Shown piece by piece: positions 7,606 to 17,266 of a DNA stretch of 64,000 nucleotides. The DNA is from a virus. A program made the translations under genes and the position numbers. How positions within the stretch are numbered: position 1 is the first letter of the stretch; each line of letters begins with the position of its first letter. Below the pieces are notes generated by a model that worked only from the letters and a program-made list of their open reading frames with translations, made no database searches and had not been told where the DNA came from. The DNA is taken from IMG/VR virus record IMGVR_UViG_3300036939_000021, positions 41,885 through 105,884 of that record, one strand, 5' to 3'.

Positions 7606-9516
7606 ATGGAAGATTTTAAGAATAAAAACATCCCCGGAATAATCGAAGGTGCTGGTATTGGAGGTAAAGGAGGTGGCACTCCTGATCAAGATAGGATTTC
7701 TGGTACTTCTACAGCATATGTATACGCTCTTTTTGGTATAGGTGAAGGCACTATTGAAGGTTTAAAAGCGGGTGCAAAGTCTATTCAACTTGATGGCACA
7801 CCTATAGAGAATGCTGATGGCACTAAAAATTTTAGTGATTTTAAATTTATATTTACTCCAGGTTTGCAAAGTCAAGCTAATATACCATCAGAAGCAAATG
7901 AAGTAAGTTCTGAATCTGCTGTAGGTGTAGAAGTTCTAAAATTATTTCCTGTAACTCGACAAATAACAAATCCAGATATTAATGGTATTCGTATAAGACT
8001 CGGTTTTCAATTACAAGAACAAGAAAAAGAAAGTGGTGATATTAATTCTTTAGCTTGTAATTTTGCAATATATATAAAAGAAGGTAATGGTGCTTTTGTA
8101 GAAAGATTAGCTTATAGAAATAATGAGTTTAAATACCGTTTTACAAGTCTTACAGAATTTACTTATTTTTTTCCTGTTAATTCACAAATAACAGATACCT
8201 TTCAAATAAAAGTTGAAAAAATTTCAGAAGATGCTGTAGATAATGAAGATGTTGTACAGCAACGTACTGTAAGGTGGCAAGCATATGCAGAAGTTATTCA
8301 AGATACATTAGAGTATCCTTGGACTGCATTATGTTATATGCAATTTCCAGGAAATGCCTTTAAAAGTGTCCCAACACGTAAATATTTAGTTGGGGGTATA
8401 AAGTGGCTTATTCCGACGGTATTTACTGTAGGTGCTGATAGAGGATTAGATTATAACGGTCAAGCTTGGGGTGGAGGTTTTTACGAACCTGATAAAGCAC
8501 CAGCTGATGCTGCTTGGGTAGTATGGGGATTGCTTACAAATAATAGATATGGTTTAGGAAGAAAAATAGCAGGTCGTTTAGGATTAGGTAGAGGATTACA
8601 AGAATCTGACATAGATAAATTTGCGCTGTATCAGTGTTCTTTGCATAACAACGGTATTATTCCAGACGGATTTGGAAATACTGAAAGACGTTATAGTGCT
8701 AACGGAATCTTACAAGGCTCTCAAGATGCTTGGGAGATGATACAGAGTGTTTGTAGTAATTTTGCTGCAAAAGCTTATTGGAATGGTTCACAGATAAGTT
8801 TTTGGCAAGATCGCCCTTGGATTGGATTACCAAGAGCTATTTTTACTAATGCAAAAGTTGTAGATGGAAGGTTTATATATACAAGTCAGGAATGGAAGGG
8901 AATTACAACAGTTGCAAAAGTAAGTTGGAATGATCCGGCTCAGGATTATGGCTTAGTCCCCGAACCTATAGAATATCAACAAGGTATTTTAGATTGGGGA
9001 GTACATGAAGATGAGTTTTCTGCTTTTCTCTGTACTTCTCGTGGTCAAGCTTATCGATTAGGTTTAAAAAATATTTTAACTTCTTTACTTGAGACTGAAA
9101 TGGTAAGTTTTCGAGCATTACCAGAATCTTTTTATTGCCGTCCTGGAGATGTAATTCAAGTTCAAGATAATCGTAGAACACAAACTAGAAAGGGTGGATT
9201 AATAACTTCTGCTACCACAACTTCTATTACAGTAGATTTAAAAAATCCAGTAACTCTAGTCGGTACATCTCCATATAAAGTAAGAGTAACTTTACCCAAT
9301 TTACAAGTAGAAGAAAGATTTATAAGTAATGGTGCTGGAACGCATTTAACTTTATTACCAACACAGCCTTTTAGTATGCCACCTCTTTCTCATGCAATTT
9401 GGTTAGTACAAGATGGAGCTGCTCTTGAGATGCTATATCGAATTATTTCTATAACTCCTGGTGAAGCAGAAAATAAAATGATTTATGAAATCAGCGCTAA
9501 AACTTATGCTGGTTAG
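7606..9516 (+). CDS. tail tip/host-specificity protein J, N-terminal part (lambda gpJ-like)
   Basis: GGKGG, GEGTIEGL..I.LDGTPI.N.DG..NF, YP.TA, N.RYGLG, DKFALY, CTSRGQAYR.G, PGDVIQVQD motifs; ends before the FN3 region. Confidence 0.9.
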   Translation: MEDFKNKNIPGIIEGAGIGGKGGGTPDQDRISGTSTAYVYALFGIGEGTIEGLKAGAKSIQLDGTPIENADGTKNFSDFKFIFTPGLQSQANIPSEANEVSSESAVGVEVLKLFPVTRQITNPDINGIRIRLGFQLQEQEKESGDINSLACNFAIYIKEGNGAFVERLAYRNNEFKYRFTSLTEFTYFFPVNSQITDTFQIKVEKISEDAVDNEDVVQQRTVRWQAYAEVIQDTLEYPWTALCYMQFPGNAFKSVPTRKYLVGGIKWLIPTVFTVGADRGLDYNGQAWGGGFYEPDKAPADAAWVVWGLLTNNRYGLGRKIAGRLGLGRGLQESDIDKFALYQCSLHNNGIIPDGFGNTERRYSANGILQGSQDAWEMIQSVCSNFAAKAYWNGSQISFWQDRPWIGLPRAIFTNAKVVDGRFIYTSQEWKGITTVAKVSWNDPAQDYGLVPEPIEYQQGILDWGVHEDEFSAFLCTSRGQAYRLGLKNILTSLLETEMVSFRALPESFYCRPGDVIQVQDNRRTQTRKGGLITSATTTSITVDLKNPVTLVGTSPYKVRVTLPNLQVEERFISNGAGTHLTLLPTQPFSMPPLSHAIWLVQDGAALEMLYRIISITPGEAENKMIYEISAKTYAG

Positions 9517-9815
9517 CTTAAAACATTATCTGGTAAACTTTTAGTTTTTATTTTAGGTATTGAAATTTTTTGATAGTCTTTTAATTGAGATAAAGCAAAA
9601 GATATATCTGAGTTATTTGTAGTTTTAGGATTAATAAGATGTCCATACATATTATAACTTTCGGATAATTTTTCTAATAAATCTTCTTCTATTAAATTAG
9701 CAAGATAGTTATCAGGAGTTTCTACAAATATATCAATAGAAGTTTTTGTATCAGATTTGTCGTTATCTGTTAATAATCTAATTGAGATATTGTCTTGTTT
9801 TATTATGAATTCCAT
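9513..9815 (-). CDS. hypothetical protein, possible inhibitor/partner of the upstream peptidase
   Basis: Starts 4 nt after the stop of the HExxH protein on the same strand. Confidence 0.6.
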   Translation of the reverse strand: MEFIIKQDNISIRLLTDNDKSDTKTSIDIFVETPDNYLANLIEEDLLEKLSESYNMYGHLINPKTTNNSDISFALSQLKDYQKISIPKIKTKSLPDNVLS

Positions 9816-9819
9816 AAAA

Positions 9820-11301
9820 TTAGTTATTTAAGAGATGTCCTAAAACTAAATTAAAATGTTCAGGATCTTTATTATATAAAGATCTCATAGTTTGTGGTGA
9901 ATGGAAATGTTCCATACCAACTGCGTGTACTTCGGTAGCTTCAACGTCTGAAGTATAAACTCTTCCTACATAAGGAGTTATATAATTACCTCTATAAGCT
10001 ATTTCATCATTTCTATATTTGCTACTATTAGTTATATCATTAAGTTTTTCTGCATTTTGAGTTAGACTTCTCTCTTCTCGCCATTTTTCATTTGCTCTTA
10101 ATATATTTTTATTTTCAGTTTCAGCATGATGGGATACTTCATGCCATAAAGCATAAGATGGGGCATTTTTACCAACTTCAATTAATTTTTTATTTTTATC
10201 GGCATAGGCTCTGTCGCCCTCTGCTTTAATTGATTGAAGTAGAGATTGACCTTTACCGCCTGTGTGATAATAATAGTCAGTTAGATCATCTAAAACTCTT
10301 TGTTTAATTTGAGGATCTTTAATATCTATATCTACTTTTTCTGCTAAAGCTCTGGCTTCTTGTTTTGATAAAGGAGTAGATTTGCCTAAATCTTCTCTTA
10401 AATTTATAAAAGCTTGCTCTTGTTCTTTTTTTAATTTTTCTTGTTCTTGCTGTAAATTTTCTATATTTTTTTGTATATTTTTACGATCTTTAACAGATGC
10501 TTTAGGTAGACGCTTTTTTTCGTTTCTTAATTTAATACTAATATCTACTAATTTTTTTCCATGATCTTTAATACTATCTAAATGTTTATTAGATAAAGTA
10601 GCACCAATACTAATAATTTCTTTTGGTGATGATTTTATCGATTTAGAAGAAGACTCTAGAGAAACTTCAACAGCTTTTTTAATTTCTGTTTTTTGTCTTT
10701 TGGGTATTTCATCGTTATTTAGTAATTTACTGACTTTTTCTTTTAATACTGTTTTTTTCGTTTTACTAGGAAGTTCATCAGCAAATAAGGTTTTTTTAAC
10801 ATCTTTAACGTCTTGAGCTATAGGTTTACCTATTTTAGATATTTCATCTAATTTACTTTTTAAAGTATCTAATTTTGTTTTTTGTTTTAATATAGACGAC
10901 GTTTCAGGCTTAGGATGTGTTTTAGTAGAAGTTGTAGGAAGTATAGATTTTTTGGATCTAGCTTCTTCTATAGCTTCACGCCAACTATCAGTTTTTCTAC
11001 CATCTTTAGCTTTAACACCATATTCAGCAGCAACTTTTTTAAGAGTTGCTAATTTCATTCCTTTTAAATCATTATCAGCATTATTAGAAGAAACTGTAGA
11101 AGTTTTAGAAGTAGTATTTTTTGTAGTAGATGCTTTAGTTTCAGTTTTTTTAGTAGATTTAGTTGTACTTTTTTTTGTTTTATCTCCTCCTTTAGGCATA
11201 AACTGACCACCTAAAGGATGTCCTGGAGGATAACGAGGATGCTCACTCTCTTTAAAAGAACTTGCTATTTTCTTTCTTGTTGATCCTAATTTTGTAGGCA
11301 T
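9820..11301 (-). CDS. putative virion-packaged protein with HPR..GQF leader, HeH domain and C-terminal zincin metallopeptidase
   Basis: FKESEHPR...GGQF; LKGMKLATLKKVAAEYGV; LWHEVSHHAE...YVGRVY...TEVHAVGME. Confidence 0.7.
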   Translation of the reverse strand: MPTKLGSTRKKIASSFKESEHPRYPPGHPLGGQFMPKGGDKTKKSTTKSTKKTETKASTTKNTTSKTSTVSSNNADNDLKGMKLATLKKVAAEYGVKAKDGRKTDSWREAIEEARSKKSILPTTSTKTHPKPETSSILKQKTKLDTLKSKLDEISKIGKPIAQDVKDVKKTLFADELPSKTKKTVLKEKVSKLLNNDEIPKRQKTEIKKAVEVSLESSSKSIKSSPKEIISIGATLSNKHLDSIKDHGKKLVDISIKLRNEKKRLPKASVKDRKNIQKNIENLQQEQEKLKKEQEQAFINLREDLGKSTPLSKQEARALAEKVDIDIKDPQIKQRVLDDLTDYYYHTGGKGQSLLQSIKAEGDRAYADKNKKLIEVGKNAPSYALWHEVSHHAETENKNILRANEKWREERSLTQNAEKLNDITNSSKYRNDEIAYRGNYITPYVGRVYTSDVEATEVHAVGMEHFHSPQTMRSLYNKDPEHFNLVLGHLLNN

Positions 11302-11324
11302 GGTTGATAAAAAATAGATTTAAA

Positions 11325-11337
11325 GTGGAATATTGTA
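11325..11337 (+). promoter_or_regulatory. candidate late promoter GTGGAATATTGTA
   Basis: About 30 nt upstream of the scaffold ATG. Confidence 0.65.
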
Positions 11338-11366
11338 AATACGGCTTTTATTAGAAAATATCTATT

Positions 11367-12215
11367 ATGGCACTTGATCCAGAAGTATTAGCAGCTATTC
11401 AAGAAACTGTCAAGGAATCTTTTACTGAGTTTAATTCTACTATAGAATCTAAATTTCGTGAATTAACAAGAAAACAAGACTCAATAAAAAAAGATTTTAC
11501 AAATATTATTGATACACAACTTAATGAACGCTTTGACAGTATTACTCCGAATCTAGCATTTATTGAAGATGTAAGAAAAGAGTATGAAGAGGAAATTAGA
11601 CAAAATCAGTATAATCCTGAACCTGAAGTAGAAATTGAAGAAGGTAATAAAAATAACAAACGTTCTAAAGGTAAGCGAGATGTTGTGGAAGAAACCACAC
11701 TTTTAGAACAAAAATTAAGAGCAGAGTTCGAGGCTAAATTGATCGAAGATCGTAAACGTGTTACAGAACTTGAAACACAACTTAAAGCCGATCAAGAAAA
11801 AACTAGAGAAGAACAAGAAAAAGCACGTCTTACCAGTTTACGTAATGATGCTCTAAACACTATTCGAGAAATGGGTTTAGTTTCTCCAGGTAAAGAGAAT
11901 CGTTTGTTTACTCTTTTAGAGCAAGACGGCAGACTTGTAAAAACAGAAGAAGGTTTTAAGATTGCGGCTAAAGATAAATTTGGTGATGATGTTCAATTAG
12001 CTATTTCAGAGCAATTACCTGAATTAATTAAAACATCATATGATGAATATTCAATACCTAGAGGTGGAACAGGTACGGGAGGAGTAAACACACCACGGAA
12101 TAATAATGTACCCACTCAGGATTTCTCAGGATTGACCGCACAACAAATTTACGAACAAAAAAATTTGCTTGGTGCTGATTTGATTAAAACTCTTGAACAA
12201 AATTACTCTGTGTAA
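11367..12215 (+). CDS. capsid scaffolding protein
   Basis: Acidic coiled coil with GGTGTGG near the C-terminus, immediately upstream of the capsid gene. Confidence 0.75.
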   Translation: MALDPEVLAAIQETVKESFTEFNSTIESKFRELTRKQDSIKKDFTNIIDTQLNERFDSITPNLAFIEDVRKEYEEEIRQNQYNPEPEVEIEEGNKNNKRSKGKRDVVEETTLLEQKLRAEFEAKLIEDRKRVTELETQLKADQEKTREEQEKARLTSLRNDALNTIREMGLVSPGKENRLFTLLEQDGRLVKTEEGFKIAAKDKFGDDVQLAISEQLPELIKTSYDEYSIPRGGTGTGGVNTPRNNNVPTQDFSGLTAQQIYEQKNLLGADLIKTLEQNYSV

Positions 12216-12220
12216 TTTTT

Positions 12221-12233
12221 GTGGAACATTGTA
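12221..12233 (+). promoter_or_regulatory. candidate late promoter GTGGAACATTGTA
   Basis: One mismatch to the motif; upstream of the capsid gene. Confidence 0.6.
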
Positions 12234-12258
12234 ATTAAAGGAATATTATTAAAAAATA

Positions 12259-13623
12259 ATGCCACCTACACAAACTCCTAATGCTGGTGCATTGCTTGAG
12301 ACGGCTATTGCATCAGCAGCATTAACACAACTTAATCATGTTGCTATATATCCTCGTGTTGCGACTCGTGACTATGAACTGGGAGCATTTGCAAGAGGAA
12401 ATGTAGTTAGGATTAGACGCCCTAAGCGTAGACGTGCTGTAGATTTAGATCCTCGTACTGGTGGATTTAATTTTACAGAAGCAGAATTCTTTTCTGGGGA
12501 AGTAAAGCTAGAGCGTTTGTGGACTGACGGATTTTTGATGTATGGTCATGATTCACAGCAAACAATGGCTTTATATTTGGCTGAAACTGCTAGTCAAATT
12601 TCTGATGCTATCATTACACCGAATGATGAGTATCTTTATACAAAATTTAGAGATTGGAGTCCCTTCGCTAGTGTTTTAAGCACGGGTGCTTATGCGCTTG
12701 GTGATACTCCACCATTTAATATTTCTTTTTGTATAAAAGATGATGGCACTCTTACAGAATTTAATAATGAAGGACTAAGAGGTGCTAGTGTTTTCTTAGA
12801 TAAAGAAAATGCAGGTAATGATCGTTATGCTGTGATCTCTAGTTCTGCTAAAGGTGCTTTTCTTGGAGATAGTATAGCAATCGAAGGATCTAAAGTTGAA
12901 GCGGAAAAAGATCCACTCTCTCAATTAATTATTGCTGGTATCAGACAAGGGCAATTTGTTGAGAGATATGGATTTAGACTTGCAGGATCTAATACCGTAG
13001 GTGGTCAAACAGGTACACCTGATTTAGATACAGTCGCAGGAATTCAGGGGACTTTACCTATTAGTGCTAGTGCTGCGAATACTCAGTTATCGTATGCTGA
13101 TTTTAGTTCTACCTATGGTGTAGGTTCTTTGATTGGTGCCGTAGATATTACTCTGACAGCCGGAACGGCTTTACCTCCAAGTATTGCAGTAGGTAAAATT
13201 GCTAGACTTGCACCAGGAACACCCAATAAGAGTAACGTATTTTATGGTGTTATTCTACGAGTAAATCTTACAACACCAACAGCACCTATTGTAACGATGG
13301 TTCCATATAAATGGAATGGTCAAAAAATTCCTGCAACGGGAATTATTCCAGGTACTTACGTATTTAGCGTTCCTGACATTCCTAGCGTAAATACTGTAAA
13401 CACTACTGAAGGTTTGTTGATGGCAAATCGTTTCTTACGTGAGCCACGTTTAGGAAGTGGAGCGGTTGCAGCAAGTATCCGTGACCCTCAGACTAATAAT
13501 GTAATTCAAGTCTTTACAGGGAATTATGACTTGGGTACTGTGAGCGAAAAGAATGCAGCTTATATGCTAACAGGTGCTAAAATTTCTGATTGTCGTAAGA
13601 CTGGTTTGATTCTTTCACTATAG
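12259..13623 (+). CDS. major capsid protein (P22-coat-like, with insertion domain)
   Basis: RDYE...RGNVVRIRRP N-terminal motif; size and position after the scaffold. Confidence 0.8.
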   Translation: MPPTQTPNAGALLETAIASAALTQLNHVAIYPRVATRDYELGAFARGNVVRIRRPKRRRAVDLDPRTGGFNFTEAEFFSGEVKLERLWTDGFLMYGHDSQQTMALYLAETASQISDAIITPNDEYLYTKFRDWSPFASVLSTGAYALGDTPPFNISFCIKDDGTLTEFNNEGLRGASVFLDKENAGNDRYAVISSSAKGAFLGDSIAIEGSKVEAEKDPLSQLIIAGIRQGQFVERYGFRLAGSNTVGGQTGTPDLDTVAGIQGTLPISASAANTQLSYADFSSTYGVGSLIGAVDITLTAGTALPPSIAVGKIARLAPGTPNKSNVFYGVILRVNLTTPTAPIVTMVPYKWNGQKIPATGIIPGTYVFSVPDIPSVNTVNTTEGLLMANRFLREPRLGSGAVAASIRDPQTNNVIQVFTGNYDLGTVSEKNAAYMLTGAKISDCRKTGLILSL

Positions 13624-13639
13624 GATTTTAATAATAAAA

Positions 13640-14215
13640 ATGCCTGAATACGAATATACTTTGATGTATGAACCCCGTAATGGGACACCTGTTTCGGTTC
13701 CATCTGCTGAGGTTCAAGCAAGGCTTAATGAAGGTTTTAGAACAGCTAAACCTGATGAAGATACGGTTTTAAAACCTGGTACAGGAATAGCAAGAGTAGA
13801 TATTTCTCCTAGTGCAACTATTGCAGCTAGAGAAATGGTGCCTATTGAAATTAATGCAGCAACTCTTAAAGATTTACAAGTGCGTTTAGGTCTTTCTACT
13901 GCTTATGCAAAATTAGTAAAAGAAAAAAGACCTTACACCGATTTAGAGGATTTAATTGCAAAAGTCCCAGAGATTAACAACTGGGCTAATCTTGAACATA
14001 TTATTAGCTTTAAGGAACAAGAGCAACCTAAAGAGCTTGAGCAAGAAAAGGCAGTAATCCCACAGATTACTCAAAATCAAGATTTAAGTCCTACAGGTAC
14101 AGATAAAGCAACGCCTGTTGAAGGTGAACTGAAAGTACTTTCAACAAAAGAAAAACTTGAGACAGATACTCAACAAAAGCTAGAAGCTAAACCAGAAGAA
14201 AAATCGAAGAAATAA
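13640..14215 (+). CDS. putative capsid-associated protein with helix-hairpin-helix domain
   Basis: IEINAATLKDLQ..LGLS...AK.V...RPY..LEDL HhH motif; N-terminal motif shared with the 17267 ORF. Confidence 0.65.
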   Translation: MPEYEYTLMYEPRNGTPVSVPSAEVQARLNEGFRTAKPDEDTVLKPGTGIARVDISPSATIAAREMVPIEINAATLKDLQVRLGLSTAYAKLVKEKRPYTDLEDLIAKVPEINNWANLEHIISFKEQEQPKELEQEKAVIPQITQNQDLSPTGTDKATPVEGELKVLSTKEKLETDTQQKLEAKPEEKSKK

Positions 14216-14220
14216 GTATT

Positions 14221-14592
14221 ATGGCATTGTCTGAGCGTTCAGTATCTCTATTACATGAAATATATGAGATTACGACAATGCCTAACACGGTTTTTGCCGG
14301 AGGTGAAGGTACATCTCGTTTAGTACCAGATTTATTTAATGCTGGTTTGAGTGTTAGAGAACAACTTGAAAAAGCAATAGAGCAAATAAATCAGAATCCT
14401 TCTGTTATTACTAGAATTGAAGAAATTCTAGCAGAATGGGAAGAGTTATCTATTGACCCTAGTAAAATAGAACAAGAGGGTTATTTTTTAAAACCCGAAA
14501 AAAATATAAAAGCAATAAGAAAAAGACTCTACACATACACTGGAATAATATTTTCTGGTGATATTTCTTTTAATAGAATACCGTTAGGTTAA
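14221..14592 (+). CDS. putative head-tail connector
   Basis: Size, helical character and position after capsid genes. Confidence 0.45.
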   Translation: MALSERSVSLLHEIYEITTMPNTVFAGGEGTSRLVPDLFNAGLSVREQLEKAIEQINQNPSVITRIEEILAEWEELSIDPSKIEQEGYFLKPEKNIKAIRKRLYTYTGIIFSGDISFNRIPLG

Positions 14593-14604
14593 AGGAAGAT
14601 ATTA

Positions 14605-17262
14605 ATGCCTTTACCTACAACAGCTAAAAAAGGTACTACATTTAACTTTGAAATAGTGGCAGTGTTAGATAAAGATTATCCTAACGCTATTTTAGTTTAT
14701 TATGGTGAAGCTACAGAATATAATCATAAAAAACGTGAAACATTTACTTTAGGTTCTGTACCTAATCAAGGTATTACATTAAAATCAAAAGTTCAATCTT
14801 TAGGGCAATATACTTATATCTGGAAAGTTGAAATAGTTGATAGCATTACTTCTAATTTAACAAAAACAGAATTTCAAACTTACTGTAAAATATTTTTAGA
14901 TCAATATCGTTCTATTGAGATTGAGCGACAAATTTTAACATTAGAAGATAGTAAACCTTATATCAATCCTTTTATTATTTTTGATGTCGTTGTTCCTGAT
15001 GTTCCTATTAATCAAAATCCTTTAATTTCTATTACATCGCCTATATCCGGTGTTTCAATTGTTGCAGGAACATTAATAACAATTACAGCACAAGCATCTG
15101 ATTCAGATGGGACAGTAGCCAGTGTTAGTTTTTATGCTAATAATATTTTAATAGGAACCGATACAACATCACCCTATTTTATACCTTGGACACCTACACA
15201 AGGAAATTATAATTTAACTGCTAGAGCAACAGACGATAAAGGTGCTATAACAACTTCTGCTATTATTCCGGTTGTTGTTTCTGCTTCTTCTACTCCGACA
15301 CCTACAGAGCCTATTTTAAGAAGTGAAGCAAATTTATTAGGAATAAATATTCCTGCAATGGGGGATTATTTTGCACCATATTTTAGAGATGCTGCAAGAC
15401 AGTCACGACCCTATGAGGCAATAGGGGGAGGAGTTATAGCAAAAAATGCTAATGGTTATCCGACTGTTGCAAACTTTCAAGTTTATATATGGGCAGGAGG
15501 ATATAAAAGACATGGAACATATTTTATAGAAATATTACATTCAGATTCTTATTCTGGTGAAGGTATTTTAGATAGATTAGGTGGAGAGTTATCTAATATT
15601 ATTTACGATATAAATATTAATAAAACTACAGCAACTTGGATACATACAAATCCTGATGAATCTGTAGGAATGTTAATATTTCAAGGATTTACTGGAGGGA
15701 TAACACATTTAAAAGTTTTGCGTCCTTCAAGTTCGGGTAGTAATATACCTTACGATGAATCTAAGATTTTTATGGATTCTATCGTAGATATTATGGGTAA
15801 GTTTGATGGAGCAAGATTTTTAGATACAACGGGCGTAAATAGTTCTAGTATTCGTACTTGGAATCAAAGAACTTTAATTACCGATTATTCGCAAGCTAGA
15901 GATCAAGGAGAACCTGAATCAGGTTTTGGATTTGCTGGACGTGGATTAGCTTGGGAATACGTTGCAGATTTAGCCAATGAAGTAAAAGCAAAATATCCAA
16001 GTTTTAAAGCAATATGGATAAATATTCCGGTACTTGCTGATAATGATTATGTACTACAGTTATTTACTTTATTAAAAACTAGATTAAACACCGGAATAAT
16101 AGTACATTGCGAATTTGGTAATGAAAACTGGAATTATACAAGACCTTTTTTACACGCTGAATATAATAAAAATGAAGCAGTTTTAGATGCACAGAAACCA
16201 GGTAGTTTATTAGTTTTTGATGGAAATACTGGTGAGTACACATTATCTTGGAGAAGGCAAGCTTTAAGAACTATTGAATTTTATTCTATTGCTCAAACAG
16301 TATGGGGAGCTGATGTAGATAATAAAATTCAATTTCAACTTCAATGGCAACAAAGAAATGGGCAAAACACTGCTGGTGTGATGCTCTCTTTTGTTGATAA
16401 AGCTTTGAATGCTCTTGATATTATTGGAAAATTTGGTTTAGGTGGAAGTTGGTATTATAACCCTATTCATAACGATCCAAATTTAACTATAGATAATATT
16501 TGGAATTCAGGTACTATGAATTCTGAAACATGGGCAAATGAATGGTTACAGACTGATGTAGATTGGGTTACCGCATATTCTAAACCTAATGGTTTTTTAC
16601 AATGGAATGGGTATGAGGGTGGTACAAGTTTTGATAAAGTATTTGAAAGTTTAGAGACGACTAAAGAAGTTGCAGATAAAAATAATGCAATAATGAAACT
16701 TGCAAATTATGATTCCAGAATGACAACTAATCATGTAGAACATATAGATATGGGTTCAAAACATGGTCGTAACTGGAATTATTGTTATAAGTTAGGGGGT
16801 GCAAGAGAAAATCAATATGAATGGGCATATTTATATAATCACGATGACTTTAATACACCTAAAATCAATGCAATAGATATTCTTAGATCTAGAAACAGGG
16901 CTGCTTTAACATATGGTAGAATTGTACCTTTTATTATTAATGCTGGATTGTATTCTATCAACGACAAAGGATATGGTGATAGAATTGATGGTGATTATAA
17001 ATTAGATGGTGAGGAAACTGTTAGTTATACGTTTAGGGTAGTAACAGCAGGAAACTATACATTCAGTTTTGTTTCTAATGATACTAATAGTTATAAGATT
17101 TTATTTGGTACAACAGTTTTAAATAATAATATTAATGCATTAGCAAATCAGAGTATAGAACCTATTATTATTAATTGTCCAAATAGTGGATTATATGCAA
17201 TTAGAATAAAAAATTTATCAACAGGTCAAGCATATTTAAAAGAAATTTCTATACAGGTTTAA
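14605..17262 (+). CDS. virion protein: bacterial Ig-like domain + putative GH-A-type glycoside hydrolase
   Basis: ASDSDGTVASVSFY..DTTSPY..LTARATDDKG Ig repeat; RFLD..N..W..R, GLAWEY.ADLANE, WINIP..ADNDYV, EFGNENWN, YEGG. Confidence 0.7.
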   Translation: MPLPTTAKKGTTFNFEIVAVLDKDYPNAILVYYGEATEYNHKKRETFTLGSVPNQGITLKSKVQSLGQYTYIWKVEIVDSITSNLTKTEFQTYCKIFLDQYRSIEIERQILTLEDSKPYINPFIIFDVVVPDVPINQNPLISITSPISGVSIVAGTLITITAQASDSDGTVASVSFYANNILIGTDTTSPYFIPWTPTQGNYNLTARATDDKGAITTSAIIPVVVSASSTPTPTEPILRSEANLLGINIPAMGDYFAPYFRDAARQSRPYEAIGGGVIAKNANGYPTVANFQVYIWAGGYKRHGTYFIEILHSDSYSGEGILDRLGGELSNIIYDININKTTATWIHTNPDESVGMLIFQGFTGGITHLKVLRPSSSGSNIPYDESKIFMDSIVDIMGKFDGARFLDTTGVNSSSIRTWNQRTLITDYSQARDQGEPESGFGFAGRGLAWEYVADLANEVKAKYPSFKAIWINIPVLADNDYVLQLFTLLKTRLNTGIIVHCEFGNENWNYTRPFLHAEYNKNEAVLDAQKPGSLLVFDGNTGEYTLSWRRQALRTIEFYSIAQTVWGADVDNKIQFQLQWQQRNGQNTAGVMLSFVDKALNALDIIGKFGLGGSWYYNPIHNDPNLTIDNIWNSGTMNSETWANEWLQTDVDWVTAYSKPNGFLQWNGYEGGTSFDKVFESLETTKEVADKNNAIMKLANYDSRMTTNHVEHIDMGSKHGRNWNYCYKLGGARENQYEWAYLYNHDDFNTPKINAIDILRSRNRAALTYGRIVPFIINAGLYSINDKGYGDRIDGDYKLDGEETVSYTFRVVTAGNYTFSFVSNDTNSYKILFGTTVLNNNINALANQSIEPIIINCPNSGLYAIRIKNLSTGQAYLKEISIQV

Positions 17263-17266
17263 ATTA

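Noticed and set aside
13640-14215. Photosystem II PsbU auxiliary gene
   Set aside because: Similarity is limited to the generic HhH motif; there is no signal peptide, and the capsid-operon context and shared N-terminal module argue for a virion role.
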